Assembly (NCBI GenBank): GCA_963797555.1
Contig: CAWCPV010000003.1
Coordinates: forward strand, 1 to 64,000
From: an uncultured Gammaproteobacteria bacterium
GTDB taxonomy: Bacteria > Pseudomonadota > Gammaproteobacteria > CAWCPV01
Direction of reading: 5' to 3'
DNA: 64,000 nucleotides
The position numbers and the translations under genes were made by a program. The stretch's first letter is position 1. Every line of letters begins with the position of its first letter. The notes beneath the pieces were generated by a model, which made no database searches, had not been told where the DNA came from, and worked only from the letters and a program-made list of their open reading frames with translations. Of the stretch, positions 37,451-48,226 are shown piece after piece.

Positions 37451-38674
37451 CTATGCGGCGGTCTGCACTTCCGAGCCGCCGGCCCACTGTCCGATGCGGA
37501 AGACGATGAATTCGGCGGGCTTCACCGGAGCGATGCCGATCTCGATCACCAGTCGCCCCGCATCCACCACCTCCGGCGGGTTGGTCTCGGCGTCGCATTT
37601 CACGAAAAATGCCTCGGCCGGGGTCGCGCCCAGCAGCGCGCCGTCGCGCCACAGCAAGGTCAGGAATGCGGTGACATCGCGGATCACCGACTGCCATAGC
37701 GTGAAATCGTTGGGCTCGAACACCGTCCAGCGAGTGCCGCCGGCGATGGATTCCTCGATCATGTTGAACGTGCGCCGCACGTTGATGTAGCGCCACTCGC
37801 TTGCCTCCTCCGCCACGGTGCGCGCGCCCCAGACGCGGATCCCTGCATCGGGGAAGAAACGGATGCAGTTCACCCCGGCGCTGTTCAATTCGCCCTGCTC
37901 TGCGCGCGTCACCCGGTACGTCAGCCCCACCGCCCCCCGCACCGTTTCGTTGGCCGGCGCCTTGTGCACGCCGCGGGTGGCATCCGTGCGCGCATAGATC
38001 CCGGCCATGTGGCCGGAAGGAGGCATCCTCTCCACGCCGGCCCCGTTCATGGGGTCTCGGCCCACGATCCAGGGAAAGTAGAAGGCGCCATAGCCGCCAT
38101 CGGAGTTGCGAGGCCGCATCCCGCGCCCCGCACCCGCCCCACGTGCCGCCTTCTTGCCCTCGCCCTCGTCGCCAGCGGGCGGTGGCCCCGCAGTGGCCAC
38201 TTGCTTGAGCAAGTCGACGTTGTCCACCTCGAGCGGCGCATCCATTATCGCGACCCGGTCTCCGAGTCGCTCGCAGTGGGTAAGCAGCGCGTCGTAGGAG
38301 ACGGCGTCGGTATAACCCGGCGCAGCGACAATCGCCACCTCGTCGATGGCGTCCAGGGCCCACAGCCCGGTGCGGGTGCGGGCATCTCCGCCGATAGGGT
38401 TGTTCTGCCCGACGTTCACCACGTAACAGCGCGCCCCGCCGTTCATGAAGAACCCGAACACCGCCCGCGCCAGGTCAGTCCCGGGGCTGTCGGCGGGTGC
38501 GAACTCCTTCAGGAACTGGGACCAACTGTTGCAGGCGAAAGGCTCGTTCGGATGGGCGTCCGGCTTCGGCGCGACGCCGACGAAAGCGGCGGTGCTGGTA
38601 CCGACCGGCGCGATCGGCCGGGTGCCCATGGAGACCTCCTCCACATAGACGCCGGGGGTGAGATAGTTCGGCAT
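37451..38674 (-). CDS. Contractile tail sheath protein
   Basis: YLTPGVYVEE, FFMNGG, PPSGHMAGIYARTD..RGVHKAPAN, WGART, WRYINVRR, VFEPN, KPAEF. Confidence 0.95.
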   Translation of the reverse strand: MPNYLTPGVYVEEVSMGTRPIAPVGTSTAAFVGVAPKPDAHPNEPFACNSWSQFLKEFAPADSPGTDLARAVFGFFMNGGARCYVVNVGQNNPIGGDARTRTGLWALDAIDEVAIVAAPGYTDAVSYDALLTHCERLGDRVAIMDAPLEVDNVDLLKQVATAGPPPAGDEGEGKKAARGAGAGRGMRPRNSDGGYGAFYFPWIVGRDPMNGAGVERMPPSGHMAGIYARTDATRGVHKAPANETVRGAVGLTYRVTRAEQGELNSAGVNCIRFFPDAGIRVWGARTVAEEASEWRYINVRRTFNMIEESIAGGTRWTVFEPNDFTLWQSVIRDVTAFLTLLWRDGALLGATPAEAFFVKCDAETNPPEVVDAGRLVIEIGIAPVKPAEFIVFRIGQWAGGSEVQTAA

Positions 38675-38675
38675 G

Positions 38676-39362
38676 TCAGACCTCCATTGCCTCGAAGTGA
38701 ATGACCAGCGGTTTCCGATCTCCGGCCACGTGTTCCACGGTGACCGTCTGCTCGTAGCCCTTGGCGCGTATCTGCAGCCGTTTCTGGGGCGGCTCGGCGG
38801 GAACCGCGGCGAAGCGGAAAACCCCCCTGGAGTCCGTGTGCGTCGTGAGCCGCGGCGACCCAAGCTCCACATGGGCGTCGCAGACCGGCAGATTCCCCGG
38901 TCCGAGCAGCACTCCCACGAGCGAAGTGAGCGGGGAGTGATGCACCTCGGCGGGCTTTCGCACCCGCCCGACTTTAGGCTCCGCTCGCGGCAGCCGCAAC
39001 GGCATGCGCAGCATGAACGCGGGGCGCGGAACGATGCCCAAAGCGCTCCAGAAAACCGCTGCGGGCGGATCGAGATCCACCTTGAATTCCGGGGATTCCA
39101 TCGCAGCGAACACCAGTTGCCCCAGCATTCGGTGGGCCTCTTGGGGAGACTCCGCCCGCGCCGTGACCAGATAGCGTAGACCGAGCTGCAGTGGGGGCGT
39201 GCGTGCCGCAGATACGCCCGGCGCGTCGGGGAGCAGATCCAGCAGGTAGAGGTAGATAGCCGGCGCCGCATCGGAGTCGTTGGGCGGCGTGAACCGGACG
39301 TCAACGTCCGGCACGATGGCGCCCGCCCAGTCTTTGAGGCGCTGGTCGAGATCCTCGATCAC
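38676..39362 (-). CDS. Pvc16/Afp16-like cap protein with C-terminal carboxypeptidase-regulatory-like domain
   Basis: IEDLDQRLKDW, IYLYLL, LRYLVTA, LGQL, FWSALG; first gene of the operon. Confidence 0.65.
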   Translation of the reverse strand: MIEDLDQRLKDWAGAIVPDVDVRFTPPNDSDAAPAIYLYLLDLLPDAPGVSAARTPPLQLGLRYLVTARAESPQEAHRMLGQLVFAAMESPEFKVDLDPPAAVFWSALGIVPRPAFMLRMPLRLPRAEPKVGRVRKPAEVHHSPLTSLVGVLLGPGNLPVCDAHVELGSPRLTTHTDSRGVFRFAAVPAEPPQKRLQIRAKGYEQTVTVEHVAGDRKPLVIHFEAMEV

Positions 39363-39904
39363 GGCGCTTCCTCCCTCTCTGACGACCGGGACAGACACTG
39401 CCCCGAAAGCTGTCAGCATCTGCCTAGGACGGCGTAACGCGACAAACTCTTCTGTGCTTCCGGCGCTCCTCCGATGACCGCCAGCGCGTTTATCTGCCTC
39501 GCGTTGGGAGCCTACGTTACTCTGGCGCTTTTCCGATTGCAACGGCTCGGTGACACCGACGCCCGGGAGATATGGCCGTCCGCAAAGAACGCTGCATCCC
39601 TCGCAGTTCCGTTGCCGGACCGACAGGCGCCCATGTTCGCCATCGGGGCCCCTGCACGGAGGTCGAGGCCGCTGTGACCGCGCGGGCGCCGCCCCAATCT
39701 CGAGAACGGACCGCAGCGGTCTTCTCGCGCATGTTGGGAATCGTGTTCTATCTTTAAGGGTGGCCGGCATTCCCCGATAGACGGGTAGGTCGGGTTAGGC
39801 CCCCGCAAGGGGCGAGCCCCGGGCGTCGGCGGTGCCAATCCGCGGCACCCTGACCCACATCGGGACCCTTTGCCACCTTTTCATCGACAGGGAGGAGAGA
39901 ACGA

Positions 39905-41824
39905 ATGGCCAGCATCGTCACAATCACGCCCACAGCCGAGAGTGTGGCGTGCACTCCTGGTGGCTCCGCAGAGCACAGCTTCAGCGTCACCAACACGACC
40001 GGCGCGCCCATCGGGGTCGGTGCGAGAATCGTCACCGCCGACCCCAGTCGGGAAGCGTGGTTCACTATCCAGGGAGCTGCCGAACGCCAGCTTGCCCCCA
40101 ACGAGACCGACCAGGTGACGGTCTCGATCAAGCCGCCAGCAGGCGCGGCACCAGGCACTTACAAAGTCAAGCTACAGGTTTTCTCGTTGGAGCGCGGGCG
40201 CGCGGGCGAGGACTTCACCGACGGGCCGACCGTCGCGGTCGTGGTCGGCCAGTTGCCTCCTCCGCCACCGCCGCCGCCCGATGGCCGGTCCCGCTGGTGG
40301 ATAATGGCGGTCGTGGGCGTGGTGGCACTCTTGGTGGTCGTAGGGCTGGTCACCTGGCTGCTCTGGCCCCCCCGTACGCCCGAGGTGCCGGACCTCGCGG
40401 GGCACACGTTGAAGGAGGCGCAGTCGGAGCTGGAGCACGTCGGACTCACGGTCGGCAAAACCAGCGCGAAGCTTACCGGAAAAACTGCGGAAGGCCAGGT
40501 GATCGACCAGACGCCCGAGCCCGGCAAGCCCTTGAAGAAGGGCGATACGGTGGACCTCGTGCTGGAGGCGGCGTCGGTCGAGGTGCCGGACGTGGTGGGC
40601 AAGAAGGTAGTGGAGGCCCAAGAGGCGCTGAAAAGTGCAGGTCTCGCGGTGGGCCCGATCGCGGAGCAGCGTACCGGCGGGGCCGCGGGCGGCACGGTGC
40701 TGGGGCAAGAGCCTTCGAAGGGGCAGCGCATTTCACCCCAGTCGGCGGTCGCACTGACGGTGGAGGCCGCATCGATCCCCGTGCCGCGCGTCATGGGGCA
40801 AACCCTGGCCGAGGCGACGCGGACCCTGAGAGATCGCGGCCTGGTGGTGGGCGAGGTAACACAGCGTCGGACAGGCGGAACCCCGAGCGTGGTGCTGAAC
40901 CAGAGCCCGGACGAGACTCGGTCCGTCCCGCCCGGCACGGCCGTCGCCCTCACGGTCGAGCAGCAGACCGTCGCCGTCCCCAAGGTCGAGAACCTCGACC
41001 TGCAGAACGCCATGCGCGCGCTGGTCAGCCAGGGCTTGAAGCTCGGCGCGGTCAGCGAGCGCCGCGGTGGCGCTGCCCCGGGGGTCGTGCTGAGCCAGAG
41101 CCCGACCGAGGGGCAGCAGGTGGCTCCGGGCACCGCAGTCAACCTCGTTATCGAGCAGCAGAAGGTCACCGTGCCCCAGTTGCAGGGCCTCGCCCTGCAG
41201 GCTGCAACCGGGCGGATTTCCGCCGAGGGCCTGAAGGTGGGGACGGTGACGAAGGCGCGGGAGGGCAAGGCAGCAGGTACGGTCATTCGACAGAGCCCCG
41301 GCGCGGGAGCCACGGTGATTCCCGGGACCGCGGTGGCACTGGTCATTCAGGACCAGCCTCTGCCCGCGTGTCGTTGGACCCGTTCCGTCTCCGAGGAGTC
41401 GCCCAGCTCGGAGAGCTGTCCGAGCGGTTTCGCGCTGAAAGGCATCAAGTGTAGCGGCAGGTACTGCGACAACAAGGCGCTTTATTGTTGCCCCTATCTC
41501 ACGGAGGGCGACAGGCGGAGCCGCCTCTCGTGGTCGGGCTGGATATCCGAGGAGAGGCCCAACAACACCGCCACCACGCGCTCCGGCTTCGTCGCCGGAC
41601 TGCAGTGCAAGGGTGCCTACTGTGACAACGTCAGGCTCCAGTACCTGAGCACCCCGGACCTCCGCAACACCGGACACTGCAGCAACCAGCCTTACGTCTC
41701 CGAAGAAGGATCGGGAACATCCATTTGCGGAGGGTACGGCACGTTCGTGGCCGGGATGAGCTGCAAAGGAAGCCACTGCGACAATGTATCGTTAGAATGT
41801 TGCGGGTCCGACCTGGGCCGGTAG
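39905..41824 (+). CDS. Ig-like + TM + 5 PASTA repeats + Cys-rich triple-repeat domain
   Basis: N-terminus paralogous to 27845-29008; five VP..G..A..L...GL..G repeats; three (V/I)SEE...CxGx(Y/H)CDN repeats. Confidence 0.85.
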   Translation: MASIVTITPTAESVACTPGGSAEHSFSVTNTTGAPIGVGARIVTADPSREAWFTIQGAAERQLAPNETDQVTVSIKPPAGAAPGTYKVKLQVFSLERGRAGEDFTDGPTVAVVVGQLPPPPPPPPDGRSRWWIMAVVGVVALLVVVGLVTWLLWPPRTPEVPDLAGHTLKEAQSELEHVGLTVGKTSAKLTGKTAEGQVIDQTPEPGKPLKKGDTVDLVLEAASVEVPDVVGKKVVEAQEALKSAGLAVGPIAEQRTGGAAGGTVLGQEPSKGQRISPQSAVALTVEAASIPVPRVMGQTLAEATRTLRDRGLVVGEVTQRRTGGTPSVVLNQSPDETRSVPPGTAVALTVEQQTVAVPKVENLDLQNAMRALVSQGLKLGAVSERRGGAAPGVVLSQSPTEGQQVAPGTAVNLVIEQQKVTVPQLQGLALQAATGRISAEGLKVGTVTKAREGKAAGTVIRQSPGAGATVIPGTAVALVIQDQPLPACRWTRSVSEESPSSESCPSGFALKGIKCSGRYCDNKALYCCPYLTEGDRRSRLSWSGWISEERPNNTATTRSGFVAGLQCKGAYCDNVRLQYLSTPDLRNTGHCSNQPYVSEEGSGTSICGGYGTFVAGMSCKGSHCDNVSLECCGSDLGR

Positions 41825-42212
41825 CGGGAGCCGCGCCGCCTCGCGGGGCCCGCCTGAGCGGCACAAGTCGCCCAGGGCTCCTCGCGGGGCGGCTCTTACT
41901 TACAGAGCAGCGCCTGTGTTCTGGGGTTCCTCGGCCGGTTTGACTGGTGGGAGATGCATGACCTGGCGTTCGGGCGCGGGCTTCTCTTTTCCGTCCGATG
42001 TGCCGGCTCGGGCACACATTCGCCGTGGGCCGAATACAGGCCGGCAGGCTAGGAACGCGCGGCGCGGCTCCATGCACCACGATCCGCGGTTGGCGGGATA
42101 GAATTGAGAAACAGGGCGCAGTCTTGACGCTTGGACCAATTCCTGGCCTGAGAGCCTGTAGTGAATGACGCAAGACGAGGGCTACCGCAGCGCTAAAATC
42201 AACGGCTTGTTA

Positions 42213-42234
42213 TAGGAGCGGCTTGAGCCGCGAA
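42213..42234 (+). repeat. GTAG-family REP
   Basis: TAGGAGCGGCTTGAGCCGCGAA; inverted near-identical copy at 54147-54170. Confidence 0.6.
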
Positions 42235-42358
42235 CGGTATTTCTTCACAAGACCTCATGCTCGGCAGGGGCACCACACGGCATAAAAATGACTGTTTTCA
42301 AGGCAACTCTGAGTTCCCTCCGCCAAGTGTGATTGGGGTGTCCGAGCAAGACATCCTG

Positions 42359-44347
42359 ATGGGCGGTGCCCGGCGCATCGAGATCGGCCGCGACGCCGTC
42401 GGCAACACCATCATCACCGGCGACGGCAACGTCGTCGGTGATCGAAGCGGTGCGGCGCCTTCCGGACCCGCAGGCCGCGCCACCCGGCTCGGCCCCAACC
42501 CTTACAAGGGGCTGGCCGCGTTCGACGAGGACGACGGCGAACGTTTCTTCGGGCGTGAGGCCCTGACCGGGAAGCTCTGGGAGGCGTTGCTTGCGCTGCA
42601 CGCGCCGCTGGACGCATCGCCTCCCTTGCGGCTGCTCGCCGTGGTCGGACCTTCGGGCTGCGGCAAATCCTCCGTGGTGCGCGCAGGGCTGCTGCCTGAG
42701 CTGGCGCGCCGGCCGCTCCCTGGCCTGGAGCGCTCGCGAGTCGCGGTGCTCACCCCCGGGGCGCACCCGCTGGAGGCGCTCGCCACCGTGCTGGCGCGTA
42801 TCGCGACGGACGATCCGGCCCCCATCGCCAAGGCGCGAGAATTCGCAGAAGAACTGAAGAGACCCCCGCACGACGGTCTGCGGCGCATCGGTGACGCCTT
42901 CCCGGGCAGCGCCAGCGCCCCCCTCGTCGTGCTGGTCGATCAGTTCGAGGAGGCTTATGCCCTCTGCCAGGACCCCACCGAGCGCGATGCCTTCATCGCC
43001 AATCTGATGGAGGCGGCGGCCGACCGCGGCGCCCGGGTCTCCGTGGTGCTGACGCTGCGCAGCGACTTCCTCGGTGCCACCGTGCGCCATCCGGCCCTCA
43101 ACGCGCCATCGCCGACCAGGGCATCCTGGTGCCGGCCATGGGCGAGGACGAGCTCCGCCGGGCCATTGCCGAGCCGGCGCGGCGGGCCGGCCATCCGCTG
43201 GAAGAGGCCACCGTCGATCGGCTGATCGGCGAGACCCTGGGCCGCGAGGGGGCGCTGCCGCTGCTCGAGTTCACCCTCACCCGCATTTGGGAGGGGCTTG
43301 CCGAGGGCAAGGCACCGGCCGAGACGCTGAGGGCGTTGGGCGGGGTGGGCGGTGCGCTCGCCGGGGAGGCCGAGCGGCTGTTCGAGCGGCTGACCGAATC
43401 CCAGCAGCAGATTGCGCGGCGTGCCTTCCTCGCCTTGGTGCGGCTCGGGGAGGGCACGCGGGACACGCGCCGGCGCGCGGTTCTCCCCGAGATGGTGGCT
43501 GCGGGCGAGCGTCCCGAGCAGGTGCAGGAGGTCCTGCGCGCCTTCGCGCGGGCGGGCGAGCGGCTGGTCACGCTCTCCGACGGAGGGCGGCGAGGTGTGG
43601 GCGGAGGTTACCCACGAGGCCCTCTTCGAGCACTGGACGCGGCTCCAGGGCTGGTTGACGACGGGTCGCGACGACCTGCGCTTTCACCGGCGCCTCGCTG
43701 AGGCGGCCGAGCACTGGGACCGGGCGGGACGCCCCGAGGGCCTGCTCTGGCGCCCGCCCGACCTGGATCTGCTGGATGCTTTCCAGCGCCGCGCTAGAGC
43801 GGACATGACAGCCCTGGAGGTGGACTTCCACCACACCTCGCTGGCTCGGGAACGGGCGCGTCGCCTCGCCAAGCGCGCGACGGTCTCGGGCCTGGTCCTG
43901 CTGCTGATTCTGATGGGGGGCCTCGGGGTGCTCTTGGAGCATCAGCGTAGGCTGGCCGACGAGCAGACGCACGAGGCCGAGACGGCTCGTCACCGCGCCG
44001 AGGAGCAAAGGGGCCTGGCGGAGCAGCAGAGGCTTCAGGCCGACATGGCTCGGCAACAAGCCGAGGAACAAAGAACTCTCGCAACCGCCAGGGAGCTGGC
44101 GGCCAGGGCGAATCTGGCGCTCGCAAGCTTTTCTGAATGGTGTAGTGTCCTGAGCACGCTTCTGTCCGTCGAGTCAGTCCGGCGACAGCCCACCTTCGAG
44201 GGCCAAATGGCTCTGATGGCTGGTCTACGGGTGCTGCGCTGCCCCATCGCCCGCCTTCCGCATGACGCTTGGGTCGAGGCCGTCGCCTTCAGCCCGGACG
44301 GCACGCGCCTCGCCACCGCAAGCAAGGACAGGACCGCGCGGCTCTAC
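42359..44347 (+). pseudogene. nSTAND1-type NTPase-TM-WD40 protein, truncated after first WD40 repeat
   Basis: PYKGLAAF..FFGRE, GPSGCGKSS, VDQFEE, TLRSDF, GALPLL, HEAL..W; single VAFSPDGTRLATASKDRTARL repeat; N-terminal IITGDGN motif. Confidence 0.8.
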
Positions 44348-44434
44348 GATAAATTCGTGGCGCGCCTCCGCGCGCTGCTCGCCGCTCAGGTAGTCATCCG
44401 CGCTGACAGGGGTCCAGTGGGCGTGCGAAGCCAT
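44348..44434 (-). pseudogene. N-terminal fragment of a Uma2-family endonuclease
   Basis: MASHAHWTPVSADDYLSGEQRAEARHEFI, then collides head-on with the WD40 fragment. Confidence 0.55.
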
Positions 44435-44600
44435 GGCTTCCCATCGCTGAGGTCGATGCCGCCCATCATAAGGACCTGAAGCGGGAACCACAAACGCGCC
44501 GCAAGCGCGGGTGCTGGGGAGTCCACGGCGCAGCCGTGTCGGCCGCCATCCCGCCGGGCAACGCTGGGCTCTGCCCACCCGCCGATCAGAACCCAGAAAC

Positions 44601-47441
44601 TCAGAAATCAGAATCCGCCAGGGACACCACCACCCGAAACCCCAGGGCGTAGCCGAAGCTGCCGGGATGATCCCTGCTCCGGTAGGCGCAGCGCGCGACC
44701 CTGCGGTCGCTGCTCCAGGAACCGCCGCGCACCACGCGCGGGCCCTCCGCCTGCGGGTCCTCTCGCCCGTCCTCGGCCGATACGGGTAATCCCGGTAGAG
44801 GCTCGCCGTCCACTCCCAGACGTTGCCGGAGAGGTCGTGGATGCCCTGCGCCGTGGCACCGGAGGGATAGACGCCCACCGGGGTCGTCCGCAGCACGCGC
44901 CCCTCGGCGGTATTGGCCCGCTCCGGACTCCAGCGGCGTCCCCACGGGTAGCGCCCTCCGCGGGGGTAGCGGGCGGCGCGCTCCCAGGCCGCCTCGCTGG
45001 GGAGGGCAACGCCCTGCCCCGGCGCGAGGGGCGGCTGCGCGGCGTCCCCCGCCGCCCGCCACCGGTCCTGGAGCCACAGGCAGTACGCGCGCGCCTCGAA
45101 CCAGGTGACGCCCACCACCGGCTGGCAGGGGTGGTTGAAGGGCGCGTCGTCCCAGTAGGTCGGCCGGTCCGCGGGGCGACTCCCATAGGACTTTTTCATC
45201 TCTCGGGCGAAGTCCTCCTCGTCGAGAGCCAGAGCGTCCTCCCAACGGGCCACGATCTGATGACTCCAGCCCTGCTGCCCAGCCGGCGCGGGTTCTCCTT
45301 CAGCCAGCGCCATAGGTCGATCAGGTCCTCGACCGCCTGGCTCTTCAGCTCGCCGCGCCGCCAGGCCCGAGCCTGGGCGTCGGCCACCAGCGCTCGTCCT
45401 GGTAGCCCCCCGCCTGCCAGAAGCAGGCGTACTCGGCATTGGTGACCGGGTAGCGGCCGATCCAGAAGGCCGGAAGCGGGACCTGGCAAGGGGGGAACTC
45501 GTCGCCAGCCGGCACCTTCGAAAGCCGAAGCCGGAGCAGCTCCCAGAGGCTCGAGCCCACCCGAAAGGCGCCCGCCGGCAGGGGCACGAGGGGCCGCAGC
45601 AGCACCCGCTGCCCGTCCACCGCGAGGGCCTGGAAACGCGGGTCGCCCAGGCTGCCCAGGGCTTCGCCTGCGGCGATGCGGTGGCGCAGGTGGACCTTGC
45701 GGTTCCCCATCGCCGCCAGCAGGTCGTTCTGGACGCCCTGGACCTGGCCCGGGTCCGCCGCCGCGCCGACCTCCGACAAGCAGCGGGCGGCGAGCACCGG
45801 GTTCGCCCGGCGCACCGCCTCGACGAAGGCGCCAGCATCTTCCGCGAGGCCCGCGGCCAGCACCGTCGGCTCCTCCCACCCCGTGGTCGGCGGCCCGGGC
45901 AGCGGCTCGTCCGGCCCCAGCGGGCCCGGATCGGGCATCTCCCGGACAAGCCTGCGCTGGCGCCAGCGGGGGGCGAGGTCCTCGCCTTTGGCGAAGCGCG
46001 AGAGCAGGGCGCGCGCCGAGAAGTACTCCTGGAGCTGGTGGTGGTAGAAACGAAGCTGCTCCTCGGCGCGCGCGTCCCGCTCGCCCTCGCGCCGCGGCTC
46101 CACCTCGGTGTCCAGCAGGGTGGCCGCGAGCCCCAGGCGCTCGACGACCGCCGGGGCAACGTCCACCGGGCCGTCGGCGGTCTCCACCGTCCGGGGGATG
46201 CGCTGCCGCGCCTCTTTCCGCGGCAGCCGCACACCCGCCCCGAAGGGCTGCAGGGTCTCGGCCAGACCGGAGAGCGCCATGGCGAGGGCTTCTTCTCCGG
46301 GCCAGTCGGGGTGGTTGCGGTCGTGCTCCCGGGCGAGCAGCAACCTGACGAAGCCCTTGAACAGGGCGGCGCGGCTCCGCGGCCAGTCCCCGCCTTCCTT
46401 GACCAGGGCCGCCAGCATGGCGAGATACCAGGGATTGCGCACGAGGTCGAGCAGCGGGCTTCCCTCCAGCCTGCCCCAGGCCTCCCCGGCGAGCTCCGAG
46501 GTCAGGTAGCGGGCGAGAAAGGTCTGCACCCGAGGGTCGTCCAGGCGCTCGATCTCTACCTGAGGCAGCCCGAGGGGCTCGCCGTAGTCCCGGCTGCGGC
46601 AGGTGACCACCACCTGGTTGCCCGGCCGCTCGGCGAGCTTTGCGATGAAGCGGCGCCACTCCCCCACCCGCACGCGATAGTCCCGCTCGTCTTCGAAGGG
46701 CATCTCGTTCAGGGCGTCGCAGAGCAGCAGGACACCGCCGCCGTCCACCCGCGCCTGCAGGTCGGCGGTCCCGACCCACTTCCACTGCGCCTCCAGCAGC
46801 TCGTGGGGGGAGCGGTAGCCGCGGTAGTCGGCGAGCGGCAGGAACACCGGGAACGGCCCCTGCCCTTCCTCCAGCCGGCGGCGCGCCGCCTCCAGCGCCA
46901 GACGGTACAGGGTGGTGGTCTTGCCGGCCCCCGGCTCGCCCAGAAGCGCCACGGCGTGGTGGCGGCCGAGCGCCTCGGCCACGTTCTCCAGGCGCACGCG
47001 CTTCACCTGGCGCTGGGGCCCTTCCCCGAGCACCTGCAGCTCCGTGTACTCGGGGGCCAGATCCTCGCTGGTCAGCATCCCGGCCAGCGGCACGAACTGG
47101 GTCGCCCAGCGCCCGTAGCGGGGGCTCACCAGCATCGCGGCCAGGTAGGCCCGTTCGTCCCCCTGTCGGGCGGCGGCCGGCCAGAGGTCGGACGCAGCCT
47201 CCCTGGAAAGGGTCACCTGGGGAGCGCCGGGTGCGCTGACCATCAGGAGCCCCCGCGCGGGGTCCGCCTGGAGGGTCGCCTGGCGATCGGCGAGCATCTC
47301 CCGCAGGACGGAGAGGACTTCGTCGAGCTGCTCCGGGCTGAAGGGGCCAAGACGGAGGTTCAGGTCGCGGCCGATGACCGTGCCGGCCTGCACCGGCCCC
47401 GCGTAGATGGCCCCGCCTCCCGTGTCGATTCAATCCGGCAT
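44601..47441 (-). CDS. DGR target 1: NACHT NTPase + FGE-sulfatase (C-type-lectin fold) domain; frameshifted, in-frame TGA at codon 4
   Basis: GEPGAGKTT, LLCDALNEM, VVTCR, FYHHQLQEY; [39 protein letters not shown]; N-terminal IDTGGGAIYAGPV. Confidence 0.88.
44622..44738 (-). repeat. DGR variable repeat VR1
   Basis: 117-nt match to TR with 14 substitutions, all opposite TR adenines. Confidence 0.95.
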
Positions 47442-47467
47442 GTCTTGGCTCAGGGGTGCACAAGATC

Positions 47468-47663
47468 CCCGGCGCCGTGCCGCTCGGGCGGCAGGACGCC
47501 GGGCGCTGCGCTATTCGGCCGGCCGCGGGGCTGCCGCGGGCGCGACCCGGACCGGGCTGGGCTGGCTCTTCTCCCTGGCACCGTCCCGCATCGCTGGATG
47601 ACGGGATCTGCCGGCCGTGTCAAGCGGGCTGCGCCCGCCATGCCTCCCAGGGAAAACGGCTAT
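47468..47663 (-). ncRNA. Structured spacer downstream of TR (probable part of the DGR RNA)
   Basis: Hairpins at 47468-47503 and 47584-47606 immediately 3' of TR. Confidence 0.55.
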
Positions 47664-47780
47664 GGACACCACCACCCGAAACCCCAGGTTGTTGTTGAAG
47701 TTGTCGGGATGATTCCTGTTCCGGTAGGCGCAGCGCGCGTTCCTGCGGTTGTTGTTCCAGGAACCGCCGCGCACCACGCG
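47664..47780 (-). ncRNA. DGR template repeat (TR)
   Basis: Reads [39 protein letters not shown]; 9 AAC + 1 AAT codons, 25 adenines; directly after avd. Confidence 0.95.
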
Positions 47781-47807
47781 CGGTGGCAGCCCGGCCCGAC
47801 ATCCAGT

Positions 47808-48155
47808 CTAGCGCAATTCTCTCCCCGGTCGACTCTTGCGCCAACCGCCGAGCAGCCTGCCGATTTCCTCCACCATGCGCGAGACGTGCTCGTACTGCCC
47901 GTCACTGAGAAGGTCCAGGTCGCGGCACAGCCGCAGGTGGAGCCGCAGCTTGACCAGGGTTACGTCGGCCTTCTGAAGCATGGGCTGAGCGTCGCTGGCG
48001 CAAGCCGCCTCAATCAGCTCCTCGTGGAAACGCAGTGCCGTTTCCTGTAGGGCCTGCGCCAGGACGAAGCGCTGCTGTCGGGGAAACCGCAGGGTGGCCG
48101 GTATGAGCCAGCGCAGGAGGTCGTAGGTGCGGGAGAAGATGGGTGATTCCTTCAT
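47808..48155 (-). CDS. avd: DGR accessory variability determinant
   Basis: IFSRTYDLL.W...FPRQQRF.L, LRL..DL, EIGRLLGGW; between RT and TR. Confidence 0.92.
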   Translation of the reverse strand: MKESPIFSRTYDLLRWLIPATLRFPRQQRFVLAQALQETALRFHEELIEAACASDAQPMLQKADVTLVKLRLHLRLCRDLDLLSDGQYEHVSRMVEEIGRLLGGWRKSRPGRELR

Positions 48156-48226
48156 CGGCGCCAGCGTTCAGCGACGTAGGGCAGCTCGACCTGCCGCATC
48201 ACCGCCCGGCGGCCATCAGCGGACGG

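Noticed and set aside
27845-39362. Prophage or T6SS
   Set aside because: No capsid, portal, terminase, integrase or lysis genes, and no TssJLM/ClpV; gene set fits a CIS
39363-39900. Riboswitch in the divergent CIS promoter region
   Set aside because: Hairpins are present but I could not match a known consensus; an Infernal/Rfam scan would decide
47511-47777. 88-aa Asn-rich ORF
   Set aside because: It is the translated DGR template repeat plus spacer, not a credible protein
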